Positions 9,518-20,515 are shown, numbered from the stretch's first letter. The stretch is 64,000 nucleotides of DNA from an uncultured Roseicyclus sp. (GCA_947491935.1 CANLLF010000003.1:580397-644396), one strand, 5' to 3'. Notes: generated from the letters alone by a model not told the origin. Translations and numbers: made by a program.

Positions 9518-10984
9518 ATGACTCATATTCATCATGGGCTCGGTCGCCTGGACCGCTTTACAAAAGCGTGCCTGGACGGCCATGCCCTCAATGACACTCA
9601 CGCAACATCTGTCCTGCCGCAATTCTTCGGTCGCCTCGCGCCCGCCAATCCGCTCGTGTGGAGCGGGGATAACGATGATCTGGTGGCAATATTCGATGCG
9701 CTGATGGCCGACATGCTGGTGACCGACACGCTCGAGGGACCCGCCGATGCGGGGATGACCTTCTTTGGCCAGTTCCTTGATCACGACGTGACGCTCGATG
9801 CCTCCTCGGCCATCGGCACGGTCGCGGATCCACGCAATATCCGCAACATCCGCACGCCCAACCTGGACCTCGATTGTGTCTATGGCGATGGCCCCGAAGC
9901 CAGCCCGCATCTCTATACGAATGTCGGCGGGCATCACGGCTTCATGCTGTTCGGGCGTCAGAACAGCCCGCTGGATCTGGCGCGCAATTGCAAGGGCACC
10001 GCGCTCATCGGTGATCCGCGCAATGACGAGAACATCTTCGTCAGCCAGGTCCAGGGCGCGTTTATCTGCCTGCACAACATCTTGCTGAACGAAGTCATCA
10101 CCAACACCGCGCTTGGCCAAACCGTGAAAGCCAAGGCGATGGAGGGCACGGCAGCCGATGTCTGGAGTGCACAGGTCCTCCCCCCGATGAGCGATTTCGA
10201 GATCGTGCGCCGGTTCATTCGCCTGCATTACCAGTTCATCACCGTCACCGATTTCCTGCCGCAATTCGTGGTGCAGGACATCATAGATGGCTGTATGGCC
10301 AGCGATCCGTTTGGCCCTCACGCGCCGATGATGCCGGTGGAGTTCTCCGGCGCGGCCTATCGCTTTGGCCATGCCACGGCGCAGGACGGCTACCGCCTGC
10401 AACCGGGCGGCGCCGAGCAGCTGTTTTTCGCGAAACAAGGGTTTGGGCCCCGCGATCCGGCCCATGATATCGCGCTTGGCGAATTCTTCGGCCCCGGCGC
10501 GCAAAAGGCCCGGCCCGTGGGGACAAGCGTGGCGGCCTCGCTCTTTGAGCTGCCCTTCGTGACCGACGGGTTCGAGATGCCCGATGGCACGCAGGTGAAC
10601 GCCACGCAGGCCAAGAAGCTGCCGCTCCGCAACGTCCTGCGCGATCGCTTCGCGTTGCATCTGCCCAACGGCCAAAAGCTGGCCGGATTGCTCGGCCACA
10701 CGCCCCTGCCCGTCCCGCAGGCGCTCGCCGATCATCACATCGCCAAAACACCTCTGTGGTTCTATTGCCTGGAAGAGGCCGACGCCGCCGGCGGCAAGCT
10801 CGACAAGGTCGGCGGCACGATCGTCGCCTCCGTCATCGGGCGGCTCCTGCGCTGCGATCCGGAAAGCTACGTCCATATCGACGATTTCCAGCCCCTGCCG
10901 GATTTCGCGACCATGGCCAATCTGGTGAGTTTCGTGGAAACCCATCGCGACGCCCTGCCCCAGAAGCAAGATCTCTGGTGCTAG
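9518..10984 (+). CDS. Animal-type heme peroxidase (peroxidase-cyclooxygenase superfamily)
   Basis: GQFLDHDVT (distal His), GDPRNDEN (distal Arg/Glu), YRFGH (proximal His), TPLWFYCLEEA; RBS ggag at 9507-9510. Confidence 0.85.
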   Translation: MTHIHHGLGRLDRFTKACLDGHALNDTHATSVLPQFFGRLAPANPLVWSGDNDDLVAIFDALMADMLVTDTLEGPADAGMTFFGQFLDHDVTLDASSAIGTVADPRNIRNIRTPNLDLDCVYGDGPEASPHLYTNVGGHHGFMLFGRQNSPLDLARNCKGTALIGDPRNDENIFVSQVQGAFICLHNILLNEVITNTALGQTVKAKAMEGTAADVWSAQVLPPMSDFEIVRRFIRLHYQFITVTDFLPQFVVQDIIDGCMASDPFGPHAPMMPVEFSGAAYRFGHATAQDGYRLQPGGAEQLFFAKQGFGPRDPAHDIALGEFFGPGAQKARPVGTSVAASLFELPFVTDGFEMPDGTQVNATQAKKLPLRNVLRDRFALHLPNGQKLAGLLGHTPLPVPQALADHHIAKTPLWFYCLEEADAAGGKLDKVGGTIVASVIGRLLRCDPESYVHIDDFQPLPDFATMANLVSFVETHRDALPQKQDLWC

Positions 10985-10998
10985 GCTGCTAGACAACG

Positions 10999-11026
10999 AT
11001 CCGGCGGTGCCATTGTACCGCCGGAT
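10999..11026. terminator. Hairpin between convergent peroxidase and sufS genes
   Basis: atccggcggt-gccattgt-accgccggat, perfect 10-bp stem. Confidence 0.6.
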
Positions 11027-11029
11027 GCC

Positions 11030-12253
<1,224 letters not shown>

Positions 12254-12254
12254 A

Positions 12255-12851
12255 TCAGATCGATCCCGTCTCAAGGGTCAGGCCAAGTATGCTCAGCACG
12301 ATGCTGACCACGAAAAGGATGCTCACGAAGCTGACCAGCGTCATGAAAAACACCATCCCCACGGAGGTGAAGCCGTGCAGAACGGTGATGAAATTCGCCA
12401 GCAGCCAGAAGAACAGGCCAATGGCCAGAACCGTGATGATCGCAGCGATGGGCGGCAGCAGCACCAGCAGAACAAGCTGCGCCAACTGCACCAGAAAGAA
12501 GATGAATTGCAGCCATGTGATCAGCGCAAGCGCGCCGTCAAACGTGCCGATCCCGCCGAAGACACGCCCGATATGGGTGATCGCGTGGACGGCGAGGTAC
12601 AGGAAGGCCGCCTGCAAGAGACCCAGGGCAAGCGGGGATTGCCCCGTCAGCGGCCCGGCCTCGGGCGGCGGCGCGATCAGGGCGACGATCTCCCCCATGA
12701 TAAGCGACGCCACGACCATCAGCGCGAAGCACAGGTACAGCGCGGCGCGCGGAGGGGCGAGGCGCAGCACCTCTTCCGCGCCCGCCCGCGGGTCGGTGAC
12801 CGTGTTCCGCGCCAGATGCAGCAGGAACCGCAAATCGAGGATATCGCTCAT
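12255..12851 (-). CDS. YIP1-family membrane protein
   Basis: Five hydrophobic helices, GRVFGG.GTFDGALALITWLQ motif; ATGA overlap with upstream gene. Confidence 0.75.
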   Translation of the reverse strand: MSDILDLRFLLHLARNTVTDPRAGAEEVLRLAPPRAALYLCFALMVVASLIMGEIVALIAPPPEAGPLTGQSPLALGLLQAAFLYLAVHAITHIGRVFGGIGTFDGALALITWLQFIFFLVQLAQLVLLVLLPPIAAIITVLAIGLFFWLLANFITVLHGFTSVGMVFFMTLVSFVSILFVVSIVLSILGLTLETGSI

Positions 12852-13351
12852 GCCGCCCCCTCGCCCGTCGGGTTGGTTTCCGACTCGCGGAAACAGATGC
12901 CCCAGATCGTCAGGATCGCAAAGAGGAGCAATGCGCCAACGAGCTGTTTGGCGGGACCCGGCCCAATGAAGCCGGACACCAGACCATGGAACAACCAGCC
13001 CGGCGTGGTGGCCAGAAGCGTCCAAAACAGCGCCAGGCGCGCCGTGTACCACGTGCCCTTGCCCCGGAACAACATCGCGACGATCCGGCTCAGCGCGGCC
13101 AACGCATAGAACAGGACCGGGGCCCAGAAAAGCCACGCAAACAGCGCCGCCCCGATGCGGGCCTGAAGCGGAATCTCCGGGTCCTCAAAAGCCTGTCGCG
13201 ACAGGTCCGGCCATTGCGCCACAAAGATCAGGCCGCACGCCCCCATCAGGAAGGCCAGCGCACGATCTTCGCGCTGCCCCATCGCCAGATGGCGGCGCAT
13301 CACCTGCCGCGGTCGGCGCCAGGTTGCGACCATATCGGTTGAAACGCTCAT
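12848..13351 (-). CDS. YIP1-family membrane protein
   Basis: TW.RPRQVMRR.L..G.REDRAL, FRGKGTWYTARLALFWTLL motifs; hydrophobic. Confidence 0.75.
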   Translation of the reverse strand: MSVSTDMVATWRRPRQVMRRHLAMGQREDRALAFLMGACGLIFVAQWPDLSRQAFEDPEIPLQARIGAALFAWLFWAPVLFYALAALSRIVAMLFRGKGTWYTARLALFWTLLATTPGWLFHGLVSGFIGPGPAKQLVGALLLFAILTIWGICFRESETNPTGEGAA

Positions 13352-13354
13352 TGC

Positions 13355-14656
13355 TTATCCGCGCCGCCGCCGCTCCAGCCATTCCCGAAGCCGCGCCGCC
13401 ACATCCTCTCGCAAGGCCTCATCTGCGATCTCGTCAATGGCCTCGGCCAGAAAGGCCAGGGTCAGAAGATCCGTCGCCTCGTCGGTCGGCACCCCGCGCG
13501 AGCGCAGGTAGAACAGCGCCGTTTCGTCGATCGCGCCGGTGGTGGAGCCGTGGGAGCAGATCACATCATCGGCATAGATCTCCAACTCGGGCTTGGCCTG
13601 AAAGCTGCTGTCATCATCCAGCAGTAGCGACTGGCTGATCTGGTAGCCGTCGGTTTTCTGCGCGCCTTCCTTGACCAGGATCTTGCCCTGAAACACACCC
13701 TCGGCGCCGTTGCGCAGCACCTTCTTGAACACCTGCCGGCTCTCGCAATCCACCGCATCGTGGGTGATGAAAACCGTATCATCGTGGTGGAACTTGCCGT
13801 AATGGCCATCCCCCAGCGCCGCACCGGCCACATGGGCGGTGGCACGGTCCCCAGCGATTTCAATGACATGCTCGTTGCGCGTCATCACGCCATTGGCGGT
13901 GGTGGTGAAGCTCTTGTAGAGCGCCTCCTTGCCCACCCGGGCGAACATATGGGTGACGGCGCGCCGTTCATGGTCCCGGCCCTGGGCGCGGACATGGTGG
14001 AACGCGCCGGTATCGGCCACGTCGATTTCCATGCATTTGTTGAACCGCGCCGCCGCCGGGCCGACTTCCAGTACTGTCACTTCGGCGCCGGGCTCCACCC
14101 GAACCAGATGGTGCAGGATCGCATCGGAGGTTTCATCGCGATGCAGGTAAATCAGTTCAACCGGTTTTTCCGCTTTTCCGGTTGCCCGGATCACGATGCC
14201 ATCGGTCGCAAATGCGGTGTTCAACGCCGCCAAAGGCCGCGCAACGGGGTCCTGCCCCGCCGTCTCGCGCGTCCCATAGAGGTCCTTGGCCCAGTGGATG
14301 TCCTTGGCCAGCGCGTCTTGCAACCGGTCGATCTCCAAACCGGCCATGGCCAGATCATCGGACTTTTCGGGCGAGAACACGCCGTCGATGAAGACAACCT
14401 TCAGCCGGTCCACCCCCTGGAACAGCGGCACCTCATCGGTCGGTTTGAACACCGCCGCGCGCGGCGCGGCGGCTTGCGTCAACGTGGCCGGATCGGTGTA
14501 GCGCCAGTATTCGTCCCGCCGGGTCGGCAAGCCCATGGCTCGGACACGGCCAAGCGCCGCCTCCCGCGCCTCGCGGGCCCACGCCGCGCCATCGGGCAAT
14601 GTCAGGCCCTCCAATCGGGCCTCCGTCGGATCCTGTTTCTGTGCGGGCGCTGCCAT
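13355..14656 (-). CDS. sufD: Fe-S assembly protein SufD
   Basis: LPTRRDEYWRYT, FQGKILV..GAQKTDGYQ, KPELEIYADDV.CSHG. Confidence 0.95.
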   Translation of the reverse strand: MAAPAQKQDPTEARLEGLTLPDGAAWAREAREAALGRVRAMGLPTRRDEYWRYTDPATLTQAAAPRAAVFKPTDEVPLFQGVDRLKVVFIDGVFSPEKSDDLAMAGLEIDRLQDALAKDIHWAKDLYGTRETAGQDPVARPLAALNTAFATDGIVIRATGKAEKPVELIYLHRDETSDAILHHLVRVEPGAEVTVLEVGPAAARFNKCMEIDVADTGAFHHVRAQGRDHERRAVTHMFARVGKEALYKSFTTTANGVMTRNEHVIEIAGDRATAHVAGAALGDGHYGKFHHDDTVFITHDAVDCESRQVFKKVLRNGAEGVFQGKILVKEGAQKTDGYQISQSLLLDDDSSFQAKPELEIYADDVICSHGSTTGAIDETALFYLRSRGVPTDEATDLLTLAFLAEAIDEIADEALREDVAARLREWLERRRRG

Positions 14657-15411
14657 CACGCCACCTCCGTCAAGATGTCGGCATAGCCGTTCTTCTCAAC
14701 CTCAAGCGCCAGCTCCGGGCCGCCCGATTTCACGATGCGACCATCCGCCATGATATGCACGACATCGGGTGCAATATGATCCAGAAGCCGCTGATAATGC
14801 GTGATAACCAGGAAACCCCGACCCGCATCGCGCAGCGCGTTGACCCCTTCGGAGACCAGCTTCATCGCATCCACGTCGAGGCCGGAATCCGTCTCGTCCA
14901 GGATGCACATCTTGGGTTCCAGCATCGCCATTTGCAGGATCTCGTTGCGCTTCTTCTCACCGCCCGAGAAGCCTACATTTACCGGGCGCTTCAGCATGTC
15001 GGCGTCGATCTTCAGTTCTTTGGCCTTGGCGCGGATCAGCTTCAGGAAGTCACCCGCGCTGATTTCCTCCTCGCCGCGCGCCTTACGCTGCGCGTTCATC
15101 GCCGTGCGCAGGAAGGTCATGTTACCGACGCCGGGGATCTCGACCGGGTATTGGAATGCAAGGAACAACCCCGCCGCGGCGCGCTCTTCGGGGTCCATGT
15201 CGAGCAGGTCTTCCCCTTCCAGCAAAGCCGACCCGCCGGTCACCTCATATCCATCCCGGCCAGACAGCACATAGGACAGCGTCGATTTGCCCGACCCGTT
15301 CGGCCCCATGATCGCATGGACCGATCCGGCCTCCACGGACAGATCCACACCTTTCAGGATCTGCTTGTCTTCTTCTTCAAGTTTGACAGCCAAACCTTTG
15401 ATATCAAGCAT
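14656..15411 (-). CDS. sufC: Fe-S assembly ATPase SufC
   Basis: GPNGSGKST, FQYPVEIPGV, FSGGEKKR, LDETDSGLD. Confidence 0.97.
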   Translation of the reverse strand: MLDIKGLAVKLEEEDKQILKGVDLSVEAGSVHAIMGPNGSGKSTLSYVLSGRDGYEVTGGSALLEGEDLLDMDPEERAAAGLFLAFQYPVEIPGVGNMTFLRTAMNAQRKARGEEEISAGDFLKLIRAKAKELKIDADMLKRPVNVGFSGGEKKRNEILQMAMLEPKMCILDETDSGLDVDAMKLVSEGVNALRDAGRGFLVITHYQRLLDHIAPDVVHIMADGRIVKSGGPELALEVEKNGYADILTEVA

Positions 15412-15543
15412 GTTTCACCTCGTTTGATTGCGAAGGCACAGGGTGTGTGCCGGTAACTGGAGCGGTGCGGCACGCCATCAACAGATGGAAGACCACACCG
15501 TCGGGATCAGGCATGGGCCAGAGCGGGAGGGGCAGTATATCGG

Positions 15544-16341
15544 TCATTCAGCCCGCTCCTCCGGCAACAGAAGAAAGTTAACGTTAGCCGCGTAGTGCTT
15601 GATTTCGCTGGCAATTCCGTACCTTTGGGCCGCTCTCCAGTCGTCGAATGCGGCGGCATTGTCATTGTCGACCTCGATCAGGATCACCGGCCTGCACCGC
15701 GCCACAGTCTCTTCCAGACCGCGCAGAACGGACATCTCCATGCCCTCCACGTCGATCTTAATGAAATCCGGCGTTTCGTCGCGCAGCACGTCATCTGGCC
15801 GCACGGTTGAAATATCACCTTCGCCCGCCACCATCCGCGCCGCACCGAGGTTCTTGTGCCGCTCGGTCATGGCAAAGCCATCCGCGGCCTCGTCCGACGC
15901 GCCGACGCCAATCTGATCAAGCATCACGCGATCTTCCAACCCGTTCAGCAGCACGTTCAGAACAAGTAACCGGTAAGCGAGTGGATTAGGTTCGAACGGA
16001 ATGATCCGCGATGCGCCAAGGCAAAGGCCCGCAAAGAGGGAATGATTGCCCACATTCGCACCAATATCGGCAAACACGCCGCCATGCGGGAGGTGCGCGC
16101 GCATCAGCTCCAGCTCTTCGGGCTCAAAGAACGTGCCGTGGCGATGTTTGCGCTGGATCGGATCCCGTTCCTTGTCGGTCGCAAGGAAAATGCGCTGCCC
16201 CTCCAGCTGCGCCGTGGTGATATCTACGTTGCGAAATCGCACCGCCGCGCCGCCAGCAAGGGCCGGGCGAGCCATGTCGATGTCAAACCTCGTCGGATCG
16301 GGCGCATAGGGCGCCATGACGTTTGCGTCATCCATGGCCAT
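15544..16341 (-). CDS. FkbM-family methyltransferase
   Basis: DIGANVGNHS SAM motif, FEPNP, FIKIDVEGME. Confidence 0.9.
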   Translation of the reverse strand: MAMDDANVMAPYAPDPTRFDIDMARPALAGGAAVRFRNVDITTAQLEGQRIFLATDKERDPIQRKHRHGTFFEPEELELMRAHLPHGGVFADIGANVGNHSLFAGLCLGASRIIPFEPNPLAYRLLVLNVLLNGLEDRVMLDQIGVGASDEAADGFAMTERHKNLGAARMVAGEGDISTVRPDDVLRDETPDFIKIDVEGMEMSVLRGLEETVARCRPVILIEVDNDNAAAFDDWRAAQRYGIASEIKHYAANVNFLLLPEERAE

Positions 16342-16653
16342 CTATTCCAAACTCACCGCGGTGCCCGAGGCCGAGACCATCAGCATGTTGTTGATGACCT
16401 CATAATCGAGATCCACGCCCACAACCGCATTGGCCCCCATCGCCGCGGCCCGGTCTTCCATCTCATCCAGCGCCGTCTTGCGCGCCTTTCCAAGCTCTTC
16501 CTCATAGGCCCCCGACCGCCCGCCGACGATATCCGTGATCGATGCGAACAGGTCCCGGAACACATTGGCCCCCAGGATCGCCTCCCCCACCACGATGCCG
16601 TGGTAGGTGGTGATGCGTCGGCCTTCGATCGACGGTGTGGTTGTGGTGATCAT
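16342..16653 (-). CDS. UPF0145/YbjQ family protein
   Basis: [36 protein letters not shown]. Confidence 0.92.
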   Translation of the reverse strand: MITTTTPSIEGRRITTYHGIVVGEAILGANVFRDLFASITDIVGGRSGAYEEELGKARKTALDEMEDRAAAMGANAVVGVDLDYEVINNMLMVSASGTAVSLE

Positions 16654-16657
16654 GGCA

Positions 16658-16852
16658 CTACCTCCGCATGATAAGCTTGGCGGATATGTGGGACACGATC
16701 ACCGCAACCACGGCCGCAAATGCTGCCAGAACCGGCCCGCCGGGTTGCCAGACGCTGTAGGTCAACGCCATCAGCAATGTCACGCCAAGCGCCACCAGAA
16801 GTGCATAGCGGGGGCGCGGTTCCGATCCGCTCAACCAGAATTTCCAATCCAT
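16658..16852 (-). CDS. Small two-TM hypothetical protein (64 aa)
   Basis: RBS gagg before ATG 16852; two hydrophobic segments; in-operon spacing. Confidence 0.6.
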   Translation of the reverse strand: MDWKFWLSGSEPRPRYALLVALGVTLLMALTYSVWQPGGPVLAAFAAVVAVIVSHISAKLIMRR

Positions 16853-16878
16853 CCTCACACCTCCGGCGCCATGCCCAC

Positions 16879-17064
16879 TTAACAGCGGGACCACAAATAC
16901 CAGCTGGGTTGGTTGCAATGAGGGCTGTCGGCAGTGCCCGCTCCAAAATAGGTCGGATCAAGCGGGTTCGACGTATCGCCGCTGCCGAAAAACCCGCCAG
17001 CCATCGTCAGGCCCGCGCCCATGACCAAGATCGCAAGGCCCAGAATGATCCGCTTGCGCGCCAT
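16879..17064 (-). CDS. Small secreted/membrane-anchored peptide (61 aa) with two C-terminal Cys
   Basis: Starts 3 nt after sufB stop; basic N-terminus plus hydrophobic core; ends C-x10-C. Confidence 0.55.
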   Translation of the reverse strand: MARKRIILGLAILVMGAGLTMAGGFFGSGDTSNPLDPTYFGAGTADSPHCNQPSWYLWSRC

Positions 17065-17067
17065 CGC

Positions 17068-18609
17068 TCAGCCAACCGAGCCTTCCAGTGAAATCGCCAC
17101 CAATTGCTGCGCTTCCATGGCGAATTCCATCGGCAGGGCCTGCAACACCTCGCGGGCAAAGCCGTTCACGATCAGCGCGACCGCCTCTTCCTCATCCATG
17201 CCGCGCGACTGGCAATAGAACATCTGGTCGTCATCCACCTTCGATGTCGTCGCCTCATGCTCCACGCGGGAGGAATTGTTCTTCACCTCGATATAAGGCA
17301 CCGTGTGCGCCCCGCATTTGTCGCCGATCAGAAGGCTGTCACACTGGGTGTAGTTGCGGCTGTCCTTCGCCTTCGGGTGCATGGAGACCAGCCCGCGATA
17401 GGTGTTCTGCGCCCGGCCCGCAGAAATCCCCTTGGACACGATCCGCGATTTCGTGCGCTTGCCCAGATGCACCATCTTGGTGCCGGTGTCGGCCTGCTGC
17501 ATGTTGTTGGCAATGGCGATGGAGTAGAACTCGCCCTGGCTGTCATCGCCGCGCAGGATGCAGCTTGGATACTTCCACGTCACGGCGCTGCCCGTCTCCA
17601 CCTGCGTCCACATCACCTTGGAGCGGTCGCCCCGGCAATCGGCACGCTTGGTCACGAAGTTGTAGATCCCGCCCTTGCCGTTCTCGTCGCCTGGATACCA
17701 GTTCTGCACCGTGGAATACTTGATCTCGGCATCGTCATGGGCAACCAGTTCCACCACAGCCGCGTGCAGCTGATGAGTGTCGCGCATCGGCGCGGTGCAG
17801 CCCTCCAGGTAGCTCACGAAGCTGCCCTTATCCGCAATGATCAGCGTCCGCTCGAACTGCCCGGTATTCTCCGCATTGATCCGGAAATACGTACTCAGCT
17901 CCATCGGGCATTTCACACCCGGCGGGATGTAGACGAACGACCCATCGGAAAAGACCGCCGAGTTCAGCGTTGCAAAGAAATTGTCGGTGATCGGCACAAC
18001 CGATCCCAGATATTTCTTCACCAGATCCGGATGGTCCTGGATCGCCTCGGAAATCGAGCAGAAGATCACGCCTACCTTCTTCAATTCGGCCTGAAACGTC
18101 GTGCCCACCGAGACGCTGTCAAACACCGCATCCACGGCCACCTTGCGGCCCTCAGCCGGCGCATCTTCGGCGCCTTCGACACCGGCCAGGATCATCTGTT
18201 CCTTCAGCGGGATACCGAGCTTCTTGTAGGTGTCCAGCAGCTTGGGATCGACGTCATCCAGGCTTTTCGGCTTCTCCGCCATGCTTTTGGGGCGCGCATA
18301 ATAATACTGCGACTGGTAGTCGATGGGCGGGTAATTCACCATCGCCCAGTCCGGCTCTTTCATCTGCTTCCAGCGTTTGAAGGCCTGCAGGCGCCAGTCG
18401 AGCATCCATTCCGGCTCGCCGTTTTTCTCCGAGATCAGGCGCACGATGTCTTCATTCACGCCCTTGGGCGCATAATCCATCTCGATCTCGGTGTTCCAGC
18501 CGTATTTATACGCGCCGCCGAGATCCTTGACCGCATCGACCGTGTCCTGATCGACACCGTCCTTTACCTGGACTTCACCAGCTGCCACATCCGTGTCGAG
18601 AGCGCTCAT
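17068..18609 (-). CDS. sufB: Fe-S assembly protein SufB
   Basis: [43 protein letters not shown]; GGAGG 6 nt before ATG 18609. Confidence 0.97.
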   Translation of the reverse strand: MSALDTDVAAGEVQVKDGVDQDTVDAVKDLGGAYKYGWNTEIEMDYAPKGVNEDIVRLISEKNGEPEWMLDWRLQAFKRWKQMKEPDWAMVNYPPIDYQSQYYYARPKSMAEKPKSLDDVDPKLLDTYKKLGIPLKEQMILAGVEGAEDAPAEGRKVAVDAVFDSVSVGTTFQAELKKVGVIFCSISEAIQDHPDLVKKYLGSVVPITDNFFATLNSAVFSDGSFVYIPPGVKCPMELSTYFRINAENTGQFERTLIIADKGSFVSYLEGCTAPMRDTHQLHAAVVELVAHDDAEIKYSTVQNWYPGDENGKGGIYNFVTKRADCRGDRSKVMWTQVETGSAVTWKYPSCILRGDDSQGEFYSIAIANNMQQADTGTKMVHLGKRTKSRIVSKGISAGRAQNTYRGLVSMHPKAKDSRNYTQCDSLLIGDKCGAHTVPYIEVKNNSSRVEHEATTSKVDDDQMFYCQSRGMDEEEAVALIVNGFAREVLQALPMEFAMEAQQLVAISLEGSVG

Positions 18610-18631
18610 CATCCACCTCCAGCTGCACGGC

Positions 18632-19669
18632 CTAGCGTGCGAATTTCCTATCCCGGGCCCGGATCCACGCGTCGCAAAACGCCGCAACCTGTCCTTCACC
18701 CGTGTCCGGCCCCAGCGATACGCGCAGCGCGCAAGCCGCCTGAGCCTCCGAATACCCCATGGCGCGCAGCACGCCCGAGGGTTTGACCTTGCCGCTGGAA
18801 CATGCCGAGCCCGCCGATACGGCAAACCCCGCCAGATCCATCGCCATCACCTGCGTCTCGCCCTTCCACCCTTCGGCGATGAACATGGACGTGTTGGGCA
18901 GGCGGTTTTGGCCTTTCCCGACAAAAATAGTCGCTTTCGCCGCGGCTTCCAGAGTCTTTTCTAGAATATTTCTAAGTTTGTCCACCGGATCCCATACGCC
19001 ATCGGCCAAATCTTGTGCCGCGGCCTGCGCTGCGGCCCCAAATCCGGCAATGCCAATCAGGTTCTCGGTGCCATGGCGGCGGCCCATTTCCTGCCCGCCG
19101 CCCCGGATCTGCGCCTGCAGATCCAGCCCCCGGCGGATCACCAGCGCGCCAATGCCCTTTGGCCCGCCGATCTTGTGGGCCGAGACGAAGGCCATATCGA
19201 TGCCCGCCCAATCGAAGGCGAGCGGAATCTTCCCAAATCCCTGCGTCCAATCGCTGACCGCCAGGCCCTGGGGCAGGTCCTGGACAATCCCGGTCTCGGA
19301 ATTGGCCACCTGCAATGTCGCGTGCGCCGGGTCCGGCACGGCCACCGACCCATCGGCGTCCACGATCAGGTCCTCGTCCACCCAGGCCCGCACCGCGTCA
19401 TGTTCCACACCCGATCCGCTCAACCCCCGCCCGGCCAGCGCCAGGGCCGCCGCCTCCGTCGCGCCCGAGACAAACACGATATCCGCGGATTGCGCCCCTA
19501 ACGCCTCGGCCACCTGCGCCCGCGCGCGTTCCATCATCGCCTTGGCCGCGCGCCCCTCCGAATGGACCGAGGACGGATTGCCCACCAGATCCATGGCCGC
19601 CGCCATGGCCGCGCGCGCCGCCGGCCGCAAGGGCGCGGTTGCATTCCAATCCAGATAGATCCGGCTCAC
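18632..19669 (-). CDS. iscS: Cysteine desulfurase IscS/NifS-like
   Basis: [36 protein letters not shown]. Confidence 0.93.
   Translation of the reverse strand: MSRIYLDWNATAPLRPAARAAMAAAMDLVGNPSSVHSEGRAAKAMMERARAQVAEALGAQSADIVFVSGATEAAALALAGRGLSGSGVEHDAVRAWVDEDLIVDADGSVAVPDPAHATLQVANSETGIVQDLPQGLAVSDWTQGFGKIPLAFDWAGIDMAFVSAHKIGGPKGIGALVIRRGLDLQAQIRGGGQEMGRRHGTENLIGIAGFGAAAQAAAQDLADGVWDPVDKLRNILEKTLEAAAKATIFVGKGQNRLPNTSMFIAEGWKGETQVMAMDLAGFAVSAGSACSSGKVKPSGVLRAMGYSEAQAACALRVSLGPDTGEGQVAAFCDAWIRARDRKFAR
18960..18976. promoter_or_regulatory. Irr/ICE-like box inside the iscS coding region
   Basis: TCTAGAA-TAT-TTCTAAG vs ICE consensus TTTRGAA-N3-TTCYAAA; sits in an AT-rich, rare-codon patch (CTT AGA AAT ATT CTA GAA). 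Confidence 0.65.
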
Positions 19670-19707
19670 GCCACTACCCCGTCACGAGATCCGGCACCCG
19701 GTCGATA

Positions 19708-19747
19708 CTTCATATTGGCCCAAAACCTCCCGCCGGAGGCATCCGCC
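19708..19747 (+). repeat. Dispersed intergenic repeat family A, copy 1
   Basis: cttcatattggcccaaaacctcccgccggaggcatccgcc; related copies at 51455 and 59207. Confidence 0.6.
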
Positions 19748-19861
19748 CCATCGCGCGCCATGACCGGCCGGGATGGGTCACGCCGCTCCCACCAACCACC
19801 CGCAAATTTTCGCCAGAAAACTTGCACCGGGCGATGCCGAAGGCAGCGCAATCCCGTCATG

Positions 19862-20320
19862 TCACTCATCGACAAGTTCGAACAGGTTCGGCACGGCCGG
19901 ACAGGGCACCAGATCATTCTTCACCACATCCGACAGGCGCGTCTGGTGCAGGAACACATAGACATGGGCCGAAAACCCTTCCCACAACCGGTTCGTCAGG
20001 CTCTGCGCCCGGCTGCCCGAAGCGCCACCCGAAGCGCCCGCCCCGGTATGCAGCGCCGAAACCGTTTCATCGACCGCCTCGAAGATCTCCACCACCCGGA
20101 TATCCGAGGCCGGCCGCGCCAGCCTGTAGCCGCCGCCGGGCCCACGCACTGAAGATACCAACTCCGCGCGCCTGAGCTTCACGAACAGCTGCTCCAGATA
20201 CGGCAAGGAAATGTCCTGACGCTGCGACAGGTCCGACAGGGGCGCCAACGCGCCCTCGGGCAGAAGCGCCAGATCCGCCATCGCGACCATCGCGTACCGT
20301 CCCTTGGTGCTGAGTTTCAT
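19862..20320 (-). CDS. iscR: Rrf2-family regulator IscR (Rhodobacteraceae type, single C-terminal Cys)
   Basis: MKLSTKGRYA, SLPYLEQLF.KLRR..LV.SVRGPGGGY; heads the iscS-suf operon. Confidence 0.93.
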   Translation of the reverse strand: MKLSTKGRYAMVAMADLALLPEGALAPLSDLSQRQDISLPYLEQLFVKLRRAELVSSVRGPGGGYRLARPASDIRVVEIFEAVDETVSALHTGAGASGGASGSRAQSLTNRLWEGFSAHVYVFLHQTRLSDVVKNDLVPCPAVPNLFELVDE

Positions 20321-20477
20321 ACCGACCGCTCCCTGATCTTGCCTCGTCTGGCCAAGTTTGGGCCGCCCCCGACCAAAATCATAATCGCCGCGTTCAAACG
20401 CGCTTGAATGATTGACCTTTCGGCGCCCCACGCTTAACTGCGATGCAACCCTGCGGCAGAGCACGCGCCGCATCCAA

Positions 20478-20515
20478 TTTGGAATCGTTCTAGGGAGAGC
20501 GGCCCGGCGCGTCAA
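20478..20515 (-). promoter_or_regulatory. sigma70-type promoter of iscR-suf operon with ICE/Irr box over the -10
   Basis: Minus strand TTGACG(20515-20510)-N17-TAGAAC(20492-20487); TTTGGAA-TCG-TTCTAGG at 20478-20494. Confidence 0.7.

Noticed and set aside
9428-10996. Long antisense ORFs mirroring real genes (also 17104-18786, 23868-25766, 36853-38502, 44663-46411, 59217-60617, 60786-62213)
   Set aside because: Shadow frames expected from high-GC codon bias; no family motifs, and each overlaps a well-supported gene on the other strand
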